Shown one piece after another: positions 37,884 through 46,809 of a stretch of 64,000 bases of DNA (its first letter is position 1; each line of letters begins with the position of its first letter). The DNA is from an uncultured Oscillospiraceae bacterium (GTDB lineage: Bacteria > Bacillota > Clostridia > Christensenellales > CAG-138): assembly GCA_964495255.1 (NCBI GenBank), contig CAZBVC010000004.1:953-64952 (forward strand), read 5' to 3'. A model generated the notes under the pieces. The model was not told where the DNA came from. It saw only the letters and a program-made list of their open reading frames with translations, and ran no database searches. A program made the translations under genes and the position numbers.

Positions 37884-38732
37884 TTATACGTCCGCCACGC
37901 CGTCGCCGTCGTAATCGTAGCCCTCGTGGAAGAAATTCACAATGCAGTGCATCGGGCAAACGTCCACGCAGGCGCCGCAGCGCGTGCAGGTTTGTTCGTT
38001 GATCAGCGCCACGCCGTCCACCACATGGATGGAGTCCGACGGGCATTGCTTCTCGCAGCGCTTGCAGCCCACGCACGCGGTCTTGCATTGCAGGCGCGCA
38101 ACGCGCCCCGTCGCCTTGTTGCGACACATGACGACGACCGTGCTGTCCCGCGGAAGCAGATTGATGATGCCGCGCGGGCAGGTCGCCACGCACACGCCGC
38201 AGCCCATGCACTTTGTTTCGTCGATATGCGCAATGTTGTTTTGAATGCTGATGGCGGAAAACGGGCAGCGGTTCAGACAATCGCCCATGCCGAGGCAGCC
38301 GAACTCGCATTGCTTGGGCCCGCCGGAGATGCCGCTTGCCGCGCGGCAGGAATGCAGCCCGCTGTAATCATACCGCGCGCTGACGTTTTCGCAGGTGCCC
38401 TGACAGCGCACGCGCGCAACCATCGGCTCCACGTCCTCCGACGCGACGCCCATGATGCGGGAAATCTCCCTTGCCGCCTTTGCGCCGCCGGGAATGCAGC
38501 CGTTCGGCTTCGCTTCGCCGCGCACGACCGCTTCGGCAAACGCGTCGCAGCCCGTATAGCCGCATGCGCCGCAATTCGCGCCCGCAAGCTGTTCGCGAAC
38601 GTTCGTCACGCGCGCATCCTGCTCCACGGCGAACTTCTTGCCCGCAAACCCGAGCGCCGCGCCAAAAAGCACGCCCAGCCCGCCCAGCGTCGCGACGGCG
38701 AACACAATCTTCAAAATCGCTTCCGTCGTCAT
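37884..38732 (-). CDS. rnfB: Rnf electron transport complex subunit B.
   Basis: N-terminal TM segment, CGACGYTGC, and several CxxCxxCxxxCP ferredoxin motifs. Confidence 0.9.
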   Translation of the reverse strand: MTTEAILKIVFAVATLGGLGVLFGAALGFAGKKFAVEQDARVTNVREQLAGANCGACGYTGCDAFAEAVVRGEAKPNGCIPGGAKAAREISRIMGVASEDVEPMVARVRCQGTCENVSARYDYSGLHSCRAASGISGGPKQCEFGCLGMGDCLNRCPFSAISIQNNIAHIDETKCMGCGVCVATCPRGIINLLPRDSTVVVMCRNKATGRVARLQCKTACVGCKRCEKQCPSDSIHVVDGVALINEQTCTRCGACVDVCPMHCIVNFFHEGYDYDGDGVADV

Positions 38733-38733
38733 C

Positions 38734-39330
38734 TTACATCACCCCCGCGAACATGTTGGAAAAGCCCATGAACGCCACGCTCATCAGCCCCGCGATGACC
38801 AAGGAGATCGGGAAGCCCTTGAACTGCGCGGGGATATGCGCGGATTCGAGCCGCTCGCGCACGCCCGCCATGAGCACGATCGCAAGCAGGAAGCCCAGCG
38901 CACCGAACACGCCGTTGAGCACCGAGTAAAACAGGCTGTAACTCTCCGTCACGTTCAGAATCGTAACGCCCAGCACCGCGCAGTTGGTCGTGATGAGCGG
39001 CAGATAGATGCCCAGCGCGCCATAAAGCGACGGAGACGACTTTTTCAGAAACATCTCGACGACCTGAACGAGCGACGCGATGACGAGAATGAACGCGATG
39101 GTATCCAGATAGGTGATGGAAAGCGGAACCAGCACCCAATGGTAAACCATATAGGTAAACAGGCTCGCCAGCGCCATGACGAACGTCACCGCTATGCCCA
39201 TGCCGAACGCCGTTTCGACCTTGTTGGATACGCCGAGGAACGGGCAGCAGCCGAGGAAGCGCGAGAAAATGAAGTTATGCGTCAGCACGCAGCTGAACAT
39301 AAAGAGCAATACCTGCACGATCGGGTTCAT
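38734..39330 (-). CDS. rnfA: Rnf complex subunit A.
   Basis: 198-aa polytopic protein with the typical RnfA sequence (FLGCCPFLGVS). Confidence 0.95.
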   Translation of the reverse strand: MNPIVQVLLFMFSCVLTHNFIFSRFLGCCPFLGVSNKVETAFGMGIAVTFVMALASLFTYMVYHWVLVPLSITYLDTIAFILVIASLVQVVEMFLKKSSPSLYGALGIYLPLITTNCAVLGVTILNVTESYSLFYSVLNGVFGALGFLLAIVLMAGVRERLESAHIPAQFKGFPISLVIAGLMSVAFMGFSNMFAGVM

Positions 39331-39968
39331 TGCTTTTCCGCCTCCTTCGCTTCGGCTTTCCTCGCCGTTTTTTCGGTTATGATATTGATCGCGCCGAGCA
39401 GCAGCCCGAACACGATGAATCCGCCCGCGGGCAGGATGAGGAGCAGCATCGGCTGATAGTTCGCGCCGAATATCTGCATGCCGAACAGCGTGCCGTTGCC
39501 GAACAGCTCGCGGATGCAGCCGATCAGCGTGATGGCGAGCGTAAACCCAAGCCCCATGCCCACGCCGTCCATCGCGCTGCGCGCGACGTTATTCTTGCTT
39601 GCGAACGCTTCCGCGCGCGCCAATATGATGCAATTTACGACGATCAGCGGGATAAAGATGCCGAGGCTCGCATAAAGCGACGGCAAAAACGCGTGCATAA
39701 GCATCTGCACCATGGTAACGAACGTGCAGATCACCACGACGAACGCCGGAATGCGGATCTTGTCGGGAATGAAGTTCCTTAAAAGCGAAATGACCACGTT
39801 GGAGCCGACCAGGACGAACGTCGCCGCCGCGCCCATGCCGATGCCGTTGATGGCGCTCGTGGTGATCGCCATGGTCGGGCAGGTGCCGAGCACGAGGCGG
39901 AAGGTCGGATTCTCGGTAATCACGCCGTTGATGAACACGCCTTTCAGATTGTTTTTCGTGCGTTCCAT
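39327..39968 (-). CDS. rnfE: Rnf complex subunit E.
   Basis: NPTFRLVLGTCPTMAITT. ATGA overlap with rnfA. Confidence 0.95.
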   Translation of the reverse strand: MERTKNNLKGVFINGVITENPTFRLVLGTCPTMAITTSAINGIGMGAAATFVLVGSNVVISLLRNFIPDKIRIPAFVVVICTFVTMVQMLMHAFLPSLYASLGIFIPLIVVNCIILARAEAFASKNNVARSAMDGVGMGLGFTLAITLIGCIRELFGNGTLFGMQIFGANYQPMLLLILPAGGFIVFGLLLGAINIITEKTARKAEAKEAEKQ

Positions 39969-39969
39969 A

Positions 39970-40524
39970 TCAGTTTGCCCCCTTCGTAAGCTGCGGCAGC
40001 GCCGAAAGCGAAGCCGCGGCGGTTGCGATCGCGTTCGTTACGGCGCGCGAGCTGATCGTCGCGGAGGTCACCGCGTCGATCGAGCCTCCGTCCTGCCTGA
40101 GCGCAATGTTGCCCGTTTGCCCGACAAACTGCTCGCCGAACCACGCTTCCTTCGTGCGCGCGCCAAGCCCCGCCGTTTCCGAGAAGTTTGCGCCGCCGAC
40201 GCTGACGCCCGTAACGACGCCCGAAGGATCCACGCCGACGATGATCTCGATCTCGCCGCCGTAGCCCTTCGTCAGAATGGAGCATACGTTGCCCACATAC
40301 GCGCCGCTTGCGTCATAGCCCGCATACGTCGCGGTCATGTCCGAATCCGAACGCGCCTCGAACGACGACGCCGCAGACAATACCTGCTGCCGCGCCGCAG
40401 CCGCGTCCAGCTCGGAGCGCGCCGCGATCGGCCCTTCCGTAATGGCGTTCGTCACGCCCAGCGCAAGCCCCGCGCACGCGGCGAGGGCAAGCAGCTTCAG
40501 CGCCAATTTCCAAATGCTGTTCAT
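39970..40524 (-). CDS. rnfG: Rnf complex subunit G (FMN-binding).
   Basis: The VTSATISS FMN-attachment motif (IDAVTSATISSRAV). ATG 40524 with a GGGGAGG SD, overlapping the rnfD stop. Confidence 0.85.
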   Translation of the reverse strand: MNSIWKLALKLLALAACAGLALGVTNAITEGPIAARSELDAAAARQQVLSAASSFEARSDSDMTATYAGYDASGAYVGNVCSILTKGYGGEIEIIVGVDPSGVVTGVSVGGANFSETAGLGARTKEAWFGEQFVGQTGNIALRQDGGSIDAVTSATISSRAVTNAIATAAASLSALPQLTKGAN

Positions 40525-41492
40525 GCTTTTTTTACCTCCCCGTAGATCCTGCGGCTCGTTGCGCGATCGATCAAGGGCGAAGCGATGTTCATCAGCAGGA
40601 TCGCATAGGTCGTCCCCTCGGGATACCCGCCGAACGCGCGAATGAGCGCGATGAGCAAGCCCGCGCCCGCGGCGTAAACGATTTGCCCCGGATGCGTAAC
40701 GGGGCTCGTAACATAGTCCGTCGCCATGAACACCGCGCCGAACAGCACGCTGCCCATGAGCACGCCCGTGAACGGATTGCCGCCGAAAAGCCATGTAAAG
40801 AGCATGAACGAGGCGATCATCGTAACGGGAATGTGCCAGGTGATCGTTTTGCGCAGAAGCAGGTAGACAAGCCCCAGCAGGATCGCAATCTTGCAAACCT
40901 CGCCGATGGAGCCGGGTATGCGCCCGACGAGCAGATCCATCTCGGAGAATATGGGCATCGGTTCGCTTGTCAGCGAGGTCGCCTGCGACACCCCGTCCCC
41001 GATGAGCGCTCCGCCCGAGAGCGGCGTTGCGGTGGACACGCCGTCAAGCGTGAACGCGTGGCCCGCCATAAGCGCCGGCCAGGACGCGAGCAGCACGCCG
41101 CGCGCCGCCAAAGCGGGGTTGACGAAGTTGTCGCCGATTCCGCCGAAAAGCTGCTTGACGAGCAGAATTGCAACCGCGCTGCCGACGATCACCAGCCACC
41201 AGGGCGCGGTGGGCGGCAGGTTGAGCCCCAATATGAGCCCCGTTACCGCCGCGGACAGATCATTGATGCGCACCTTGCGCTTGGTCAGCTTCTGAAAGAG
41301 GTATTCCATCACGACGCAGGAGATCACGGACACGAGCAGCACCCGCGCCGCGCCCCAGCCGAAGCGCCAAATGCCCGCAACCACGCAGGGCGTAAGCGCC
41401 GTGAGCACGTCCAGCATGAGCGACGCGGTCGAATCCTTCGCGCGAATATGCGGCGCGCTGGATACGGCAAACCGTTTTTTCTGTTGTTCCAT
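40521..41492 (-). CDS. rnfD: Rnf complex subunit D.
   Basis: SSAPHIRAK N-terminus and a polytopic body. ATG 41492 with a GAGGAGG SD. Confidence 0.9.
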   Translation of the reverse strand: MEQQKKRFAVSSAPHIRAKDSTASLMLDVLTALTPCVVAGIWRFGWGAARVLLVSVISCVVMEYLFQKLTKRKVRINDLSAAVTGLILGLNLPPTAPWWLVIVGSAVAILLVKQLFGGIGDNFVNPALAARGVLLASWPALMAGHAFTLDGVSTATPLSGGALIGDGVSQATSLTSEPMPIFSEMDLLVGRIPGSIGEVCKIAILLGLVYLLLRKTITWHIPVTMIASFMLFTWLFGGNPFTGVLMGSVLFGAVFMATDYVTSPVTHPGQIVYAAGAGLLIALIRAFGGYPEGTTYAILLMNIASPLIDRATSRRIYGEVKKA

Positions 41493-41497
41493 CCCGT

Positions 41498-42826
41498 TTA
41501 CCTCCTCGCCTTGGCGGCAAGCTCGTCCCGCGCCGCCTTGAACGCCGCCGTCAGAAACCGCCGCGCGGGGCAGATGTAGGAGCACGCGCCGCAAAGCACG
41601 CAGTCCATGAGTCCGTGCGCCTTCGCGCTGTCATAATCGACCTTGTCCACGTCCGTGCGAATGCGGAACGGATACAGCCCGATCGGGCAGGCGTCCACGC
41701 AGCGCCCGCAGCGGATGCAGGGCGATTCCTCGATGTCAAGCGCCTGCGTCTCGTCGAACACGACGATGCCGTTGGTCGCCTTGGTCATCGAAACGCCCGT
41801 ATCGAACGCGCAGATGCCCGTCATGGGCCCGCCCGCAAATATCTTTTTCGCGCGCTCGGGCAGACCGCCCGCCGCTTGAATCGCCTGTTCAAACGTCGTT
41901 CCGACGCGAAGGCGCAGGTTGGACGGCTGCTCCACGCAGCCCGTAACGCTCGTAATGCGTTCGATAAGCGGCTTGCCCAGCGTGACGGCGTCAAATATCG
42001 CCGCCGCCGTGCTGACGTTGAACACCAGCGCCTGCGCGTCGATGGGCAGCTTGCCGCGCGGAACCTCGCGCCCCGCAGCGACATGGATGAGCTGCTTTTC
42101 CGAGCCTTGCGGGTATTTGGTCACGAGCGGCAGCACCTCTACGCCCTCCATGCCCGCGCTCGCTTTTCGCATGCGTTCGACGGCGTCCGGCTTATTCTTC
42201 TCGATTGCGATAACGCCGCACTTTACGCCCGTTGCACGCAGGATAAGGCGCAAACCGCCCACGATGCGCTCCGGCGTTTCAAGCATCAAGCGATGATCCG
42301 CCGTCAAAAACGGCTCGCATTCCGCGCCGTTCAAAATCACGACGTCCGCGCTCTTGCCCTCGGGAATCGACAGCTTGACGTGCGTCGGAAACGCCGCGCC
42401 GCCCATGCCGCAAACGCCGCATTCCTTCACCTTGGCCGCGATCTTGTCGGCGGGCGCATCCTCGACGCCGCCCAAGGGCGTAAGCTCCGCCCATTCGTCC
42501 TTCCTGTCGTTTTGAATGCCGATGCAAAGCTCGGGCGCCGCGCGCAGCTGCTGCCGCAGCTCAACGAACAGAACCTCGCCCGAGACGCTCGCGTGAACGG
42601 GCAGACCGATGCCGCCCACGGGCGTTGCGATCACCTGACCGAGCTTGACATGGTCGCCCTTCTCCACGCAGGGAGCGCTCGGCGCGCCAACGTGCATGCC
42701 CATGGGTATCACCACGAATTCCGGCTCGAATGCACGAACCGCACAGCCGCTCGTCAGCGTTTTTCCCTCTTTGGCAGAATGCATGGGATGCACGCCGCCG
42801 CGAAACGTATGTTTCAAACCTTCCAC
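41498..42826 (-). CDS. rnfC: Rnf complex subunit C.
   Basis: HTFRGGVHP N-terminus and two 4Fe-4S motifs (CIRCGRCVDACP, CVLCGACSYICP). The start is GTG 42826 or a nearby TTG. Confidence 0.9.
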   Translation of the reverse strand: MEGLKHTFRGGVHPMHSAKEGKTLTSGCAVRAFEPEFVVIPMGMHVGAPSAPCVEKGDHVKLGQVIATPVGGIGLPVHASVSGEVLFVELRQQLRAAPELCIGIQNDRKDEWAELTPLGGVEDAPADKIAAKVKECGVCGMGGAAFPTHVKLSIPEGKSADVVILNGAECEPFLTADHRLMLETPERIVGGLRLILRATGVKCGVIAIEKNKPDAVERMRKASAGMEGVEVLPLVTKYPQGSEKQLIHVAAGREVPRGKLPIDAQALVFNVSTAAAIFDAVTLGKPLIERITSVTGCVEQPSNLRLRVGTTFEQAIQAAGGLPERAKKIFAGGPMTGICAFDTGVSMTKATNGIVVFDETQALDIEESPCIRCGRCVDACPIGLYPFRIRTDVDKVDYDSAKAHGLMDCVLCGACSYICPARRFLTAAFKAARDELAAKARR

Positions 42827-42966
42827 CTACCTTATTCTGAATCGATCAACCAAAAAGATGCAAGCAAAAAAGAGCCGCTTCGGTTATGTATTATATACGA
42901 AACGCAACAAAAAGTATATACAGAGAGCATGCATTCTTCGACAAACTGCTCATTTTTATGGGATCT

Positions 42967-43713
42967 TTATGGTTTCTTTTGGTACAGGAACGCGTTGCCC
43001 CGCTTGCCGACGCGCTCGACCGCGCCCATAACAAACAGCACGTTCAGCGCCGTCTGTGCGCGCGAAAGCGAAAGCCCCGTGCGCTCCTTGTACAAACGCG
43101 CGGAAAACGGCTCCTCCATCGCGGGCACAAAGTGACCGTAATCCGCCGCGCAGTCGATAAAAACCTCCCCCGCCAAGCCGAGCGGTATCCGCTCGCGCCG
43201 CGACGAGCCGCGCTTTTTGTTCGCGCTTCGACCGTCGAGCGCGCGATACTCCTCCGCGTCCACCAGCACGATCCGAAACCGCAGGTTCGCTTCGGGCAGG
43301 TACGATTTGATGCGATACAGCTCGGGCAATATCTCATACGCGGCGCCGTGCTTCGGGCTTTTGCGCCGCTTTGTCGCCTCGCCCGTCTCGGGATCCATCC
43401 AAACGAGCCACTTTTCGCGCACCACGGGATAAACGATCGTAACGCGCTTCCCCGCGGCAAGATACGCCTCGAGCTTGCGCCGCAGCACGCCGAACGAGCG
43501 CGTTTGAATTTCGTACACGTCGTCTCCGCGGCATACGTCCGCGATAAAGCCGCAGGTTTCAACCTCGTGATACGTCTCGTCCGGCTCGATATAGCGCTTT
43601 AACGCGGCGTGCAGATTCTTTTCGGCATACGTTCCGATGTTCGTCCCCGTGCGGTTTTCAATCGCCGCGCACGCCGCCCGAAAGGCGCGCTCGTTTTCCG
43701 CTTCCCGCATCAC
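42967..43713 (-). CDS. Conserved hypothetical protein with a PD-(D/E)XK nuclease-like core and a C-terminal winged-helix-like region.
   Basis: Motif string LHAALKRY...YHEVE...GFIADV...VYEIQT. C-terminal LSLSRAQTALNVLFVMGAVERVGKRGNAFLY. The ATG overlaps the upstream stop (ATGA). Confidence 0.5.
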   Translation of the reverse strand: MMREAENERAFRAACAAIENRTGTNIGTYAEKNLHAALKRYIEPDETYHEVETCGFIADVCRGDDVYEIQTRSFGVLRRKLEAYLAAGKRVTIVYPVVREKWLVWMDPETGEATKRRKSPKHGAAYEILPELYRIKSYLPEANLRFRIVLVDAEEYRALDGRSANKKRGSSRRERIPLGLAGEVFIDCAADYGHFVPAMEEPFSARLYKERTGLSLSRAQTALNVLFVMGAVERVGKRGNAFLYQKKP

Positions 43714-46646
43714 AGGCGCCCCTTGATCGTTGTGGTCGTAAACGTGCGCAGCGTATGTTGCAGCTGTTCGCGCTTCAAAAGCGGCATGAGAGAACGCAGC
43801 ATCTGCGTGCGGGTCACGCCCGTGAGTTCGAGCAGCATGGTCGAAGCGTCCTGCACGCTCGGCGATTCGTCAAACACGATCGTAAGCGAATCCTCAACGA
43901 ACGTCATATGCATGACGCGCGTGAACGGCGTCTCGATAAAATGAACGTTCAAATGAATCGCGCGTTCGCCCGAAGCAAGCTGCTCGGTCTGCATGGATAC
44001 GCGCGCCTCGTAGGTATCCTCGCGCTGCGTAAACGCCGCCGTCGCGAATCCCGCGCGCGGCAGCGGCACAAGATGCGTATACGCCCCCTCGACGAATTCG
44101 ACCATCGGCACGGCGCCCGATTTCGTATGGAACACGACCTGACGAACGCCCGTGGAATAGTTGTTGTGTACGTTTTGCAGCACGACGGGGAATACGCCCG
44201 CAACATTTTCGCCGAAGGAATACACGCGGCCGTCCAGCCAATCGAAAAGCGGATCGGGCGGCGCGATTGCACGTTTTGCGTCGTAATACGGCGCTTTGCA
44301 GCGCGCGCTCAGGCTTCGTATCGTTCCCGTCAGCGCGGAAAACGCCGTCTCGTTTTGCGGCAAGGGCGTATCCGAGGCGCCGCTCATCGCCTCCTCCGCA
44401 AGACGCAGCACGTCGCCCTTTGCAAACAGGCGTGCCGTGCCCGAAAACAGAACGACCAGCGCATCCGCATCGGGCAGCGCGAGCATATATTGCCCGAACG
44501 CGCCGTTGAACAGGAACGCGCCCTTTCGCGCGGTCATCCAAATCTGATGCCCGTAGCCGTAGGTAATTTCGCCGTTCGGGGTTTCGATCTGCGCCCGCGT
44601 CGCATCGACGATCCATTGTTCGGAAAGAAGCTGCCGCGTTTCGCCGTTTACGTTCCAGCGCCCCTTGTTCAGATAGAGCTGACCGATCTTTGCGACGCTC
44701 TCGGTCGTCAGGGAAAGCCCCCAGCCGCCCTTCTCCGTGCCGTTCGGGCAAGTCTCCCAATGATGCGAAACGACGCCGAGCGGCTCGAACAGGCGCGGCG
44801 TGAGGTATTCCGTCAGCGTCAAGCCCGTTTTGCGCCGCACGATCGCGGCGAGCATGTAGGTGTTGAGCGAATTGTACGAAAAAGCCGTGCCTGCGGGAAA
44901 CGCGTTTCCGGCGCGCAGAAACTCCCGCTCCCAATCCGCGCCGAGCGCCGTTCCGATCTCGTTGAACAGCGCGCCCGTACTCATATTGAGCAGGTGCCGC
45001 ACCGTCAGCTTGCGGGACGGATGATCCGCGCGCGCAGGCGCTTTATCAAAGAAGATGTCGCAAAGCAGCTCGTCAAGCCCCAGCCGCCCCTCGTCAACGA
45101 GCATGCCGATCGCCGTAGCCGTAACGCTTTTGGAGAGCGAATAGAGCTCGTGCGGCAAGCCCGCGTCGTAAGGCGCCCAGCTTGCCTCGGCAATAACCTT
45201 CCCATGCCGCAGGATCATAACCTCCTGCGCGCATGCGCCCGCGTCCGCGTTCAGATGGTCGAGAAACGCGTTGATCGCCAGAGACGAAACGCCCTCCTCC
45301 TCGGGCGTCGCGCGCGGCAGCGGCTTTTCATCCGCGTTCGGGAACGCTGCGGGCTTCTGCGGCAGATAGGGATAGGCGTACAAATGTTGGTTGTCCTGCC
45401 TTAAAAAGCGCCACGCAAGATCCACAAACCGTTTTTCCAGCGTCAAATCGACGCGCGCAAGCTCCTTGCGGAAAAACCCGCGCTTGCGTTTGAGCTGCGC
45501 CCTGTCCATGCGCGTCAGCTCATAATAGCGCGTCTCCACGCGCGAAATGGTCGTTTCCCACGGAATCGGCGCGAGAGCGACTACGTTTGTTCGTATGCTT
45601 TTTCGGCGTTCGGGCGAGGAAAGGTATCCTTCGATCGCGTCCGCCATGCTTTCCGGGGTATCGCCGCATACAAGCCCGTTGACGCCGTTTTTGACCTGCG
45701 CGCCGACGCTGCCCGCGATAACGAGCGAAGGCGTGCCCTGCACCGCCGCCTCGCGCAAAACGAGCCCCGCGGTCACGCTGCTTGTCGGAAAAAGACAGAG
45801 CTCGCTCAGCGCGTACAAACCGTTGAGCAAAGCGTCGCTGCCGATGTAGCCAAGGAAGCGCGCCGTACCGCCAAGCTGCATATCGTGCGCCAGATTCCGC
45901 GCGGTCTTCTCCGCAGGCCCCTGCCCCACGAACAGAAGCTGAAAGGAAACGCCGCGCGCTTTGAGCAGAGACGCCGCTTCCAATATGCGCGGCAGGTTCT
46001 TTTGCTTCTCCAAGCTGCCGACAAACAGCAAAACGGGCGCGTCGGTCAGATGAAACGCCGCTCGCGCCGCGTTTATCTCGCTTTCGCCGACGGGGAAGTT
46101 GTCCGCGCCGTTGTCGAACACCTCGATGCTGCCGCCAAAGCCGTGCTCGGCAAGCAAATCGCGCATTTCGTCGTTCGCCGTCCAGATCTCGTCGCAGCGG
46201 CTGAAATAGTCCAGCGCGAAATATTTGGACAGCGCCGTCTGCTTCTCGTCGCCTTCGTCCTCGCTTAAATATTCCCGAATGTATTTCGAATGGAACGTGC
46301 CGATCAAGGGCACGCGCAGCTTTTCCGCGAGCCGCACGCCCTCCATGCCCGCCGCGCCTGGGCTATGCGCGTGTACGACGTCGAACGGGATACCGTCCGC
46401 GCGCGCAAGATAATGCATATCCAGCGTCGCCGCGCCCACCTTGCTTTGCGGAAGCCCGAGCGAAGAAAGCGTCGTAAAATCGAGCGTTTCAAAGGGAAGC
46501 CCGCCGCGATAGCCGTCGCTTGTCTGCGGCGTGATTACATAAACCTCGTGCCCCCGCTTGGCAAGCAGCCGCGCGTAAGCCTCCGCCACGCGTCCGACGC
46601 CGTCCTTTACGGGCAAAAACGAATCGGTACAAATCGCGATCTTCAA
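43710..46646 (-). CDS. Fusion protein: N-terminal GT4 glycosyltransferase, then a beta-lactamase-family serine hydrolase, then a C-terminal domain of unknown function.
   Basis: N-terminus KIAICTDSFLPVKDGVGR and the GT-B pattern (residues 1-380). SxxK motif YSLSKSV near residue 530, followed by the candidate Y-x-N triad YNS (in FSYNSLNTY). About 250 aa remain unassigned. I chose TTG 46646 because a GAGGTG SD lies 7 nt upstream. Confidence 0.8.
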   Translation of the reverse strand: MKIAICTDSFLPVKDGVGRVAEAYARLLAKRGHEVYVITPQTSDGYRGGLPFETLDFTTLSSLGLPQSKVGAATLDMHYLARADGIPFDVVHAHSPGAAGMEGVRLAEKLRVPLIGTFHSKYIREYLSEDEGDEKQTALSKYFALDYFSRCDEIWTANDEMRDLLAEHGFGGSIEVFDNGADNFPVGESEINAARAAFHLTDAPVLLFVGSLEKQKNLPRILEAASLLKARGVSFQLLFVGQGPAEKTARNLAHDMQLGGTARFLGYIGSDALLNGLYALSELCLFPTSSVTAGLVLREAAVQGTPSLVIAGSVGAQVKNGVNGLVCGDTPESMADAIEGYLSSPERRKSIRTNVVALAPIPWETTISRVETRYYELTRMDRAQLKRKRGFFRKELARVDLTLEKRFVDLAWRFLRQDNQHLYAYPYLPQKPAAFPNADEKPLPRATPEEEGVSSLAINAFLDHLNADAGACAQEVMILRHGKVIAEASWAPYDAGLPHELYSLSKSVTATAIGMLVDEGRLGLDELLCDIFFDKAPARADHPSRKLTVRHLLNMSTGALFNEIGTALGADWEREFLRAGNAFPAGTAFSYNSLNTYMLAAIVRRKTGLTLTEYLTPRLFEPLGVVSHHWETCPNGTEKGGWGLSLTTESVAKIGQLYLNKGRWNVNGETRQLLSEQWIVDATRAQIETPNGEITYGYGHQIWMTARKGAFLFNGAFGQYMLALPDADALVVLFSGTARLFAKGDVLRLAEEAMSGASDTPLPQNETAFSALTGTIRSLSARCKAPYYDAKRAIAPPDPLFDWLDGRVYSFGENVAGVFPVVLQNVHNNYSTGVRQVVFHTKSGAVPMVEFVEGAYTHLVPLPRAGFATAAFTQREDTYEARVSMQTEQLASGERAIHLNVHFIETPFTRVMHMTFVEDSLTIVFDESPSVQDASTMLLELTGVTRTQMLRSLMPLLKREQLQHTLRTFTTTTIKGRL

Positions 46647-46664
46647 CACGCAAAACACCTCGCT

Positions 46665-46682
46665 ATGCTATAAAGATAGCAT
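46665..46682. promoter_or_regulatory. Inverted repeat ATGCTAT-aaag-ATAGCAT just upstream of the fusion gene's SD.
   Basis: Perfect 7-bp arms in the divergent intergenic region. Confidence 0.35.
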
Positions 46683-46744
46683 GCCGAGGTCGGCTTGGCA
46701 ACGTATGCTTTGCGCGTCCGCACGCTTTTTATGGGGAACGCCGC

Positions 46745-46773
46745 TTGTCCGCCATGCGTATACGCGGTATAAT
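46745..46773 (+). promoter_or_regulatory. Promoter TTGTCC-N17-TATAAT.
   Basis: Consensus -10 with a 17-nt spacer, 37 nt upstream of ATG 46810. Confidence 0.6.
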
Positions 46774-46809
46774 TCGATGAGAAACGATCATCATGGGGGG
46801 TAAACCGAA

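Noticed and set aside
37465-38310. 281-aa track ORF that merges the small coiled-coil gene with sequence overlapping rnfB.
   Set aside because: Its N-terminal 184 codons overlap rnfB out of frame and are Arg/Gly-rich. I kept only the last 97 codons, which have an SD and a promoter.
41615-43135. 506-aa plus-strand ORF opposite rnfC.
   Set aside because: It is a shadow ORF. rnfC on the minus strand carries the diagnostic Fe-S motifs.
43755-45404. 549-aa plus-strand ORF opposite the GT4/hydrolase fusion gene. A similar ORF lies at 54341-55729, opposite rarA.
   Set aside because: Arg-rich antisense frames with no motifs. The opposite strand has strong family signatures.
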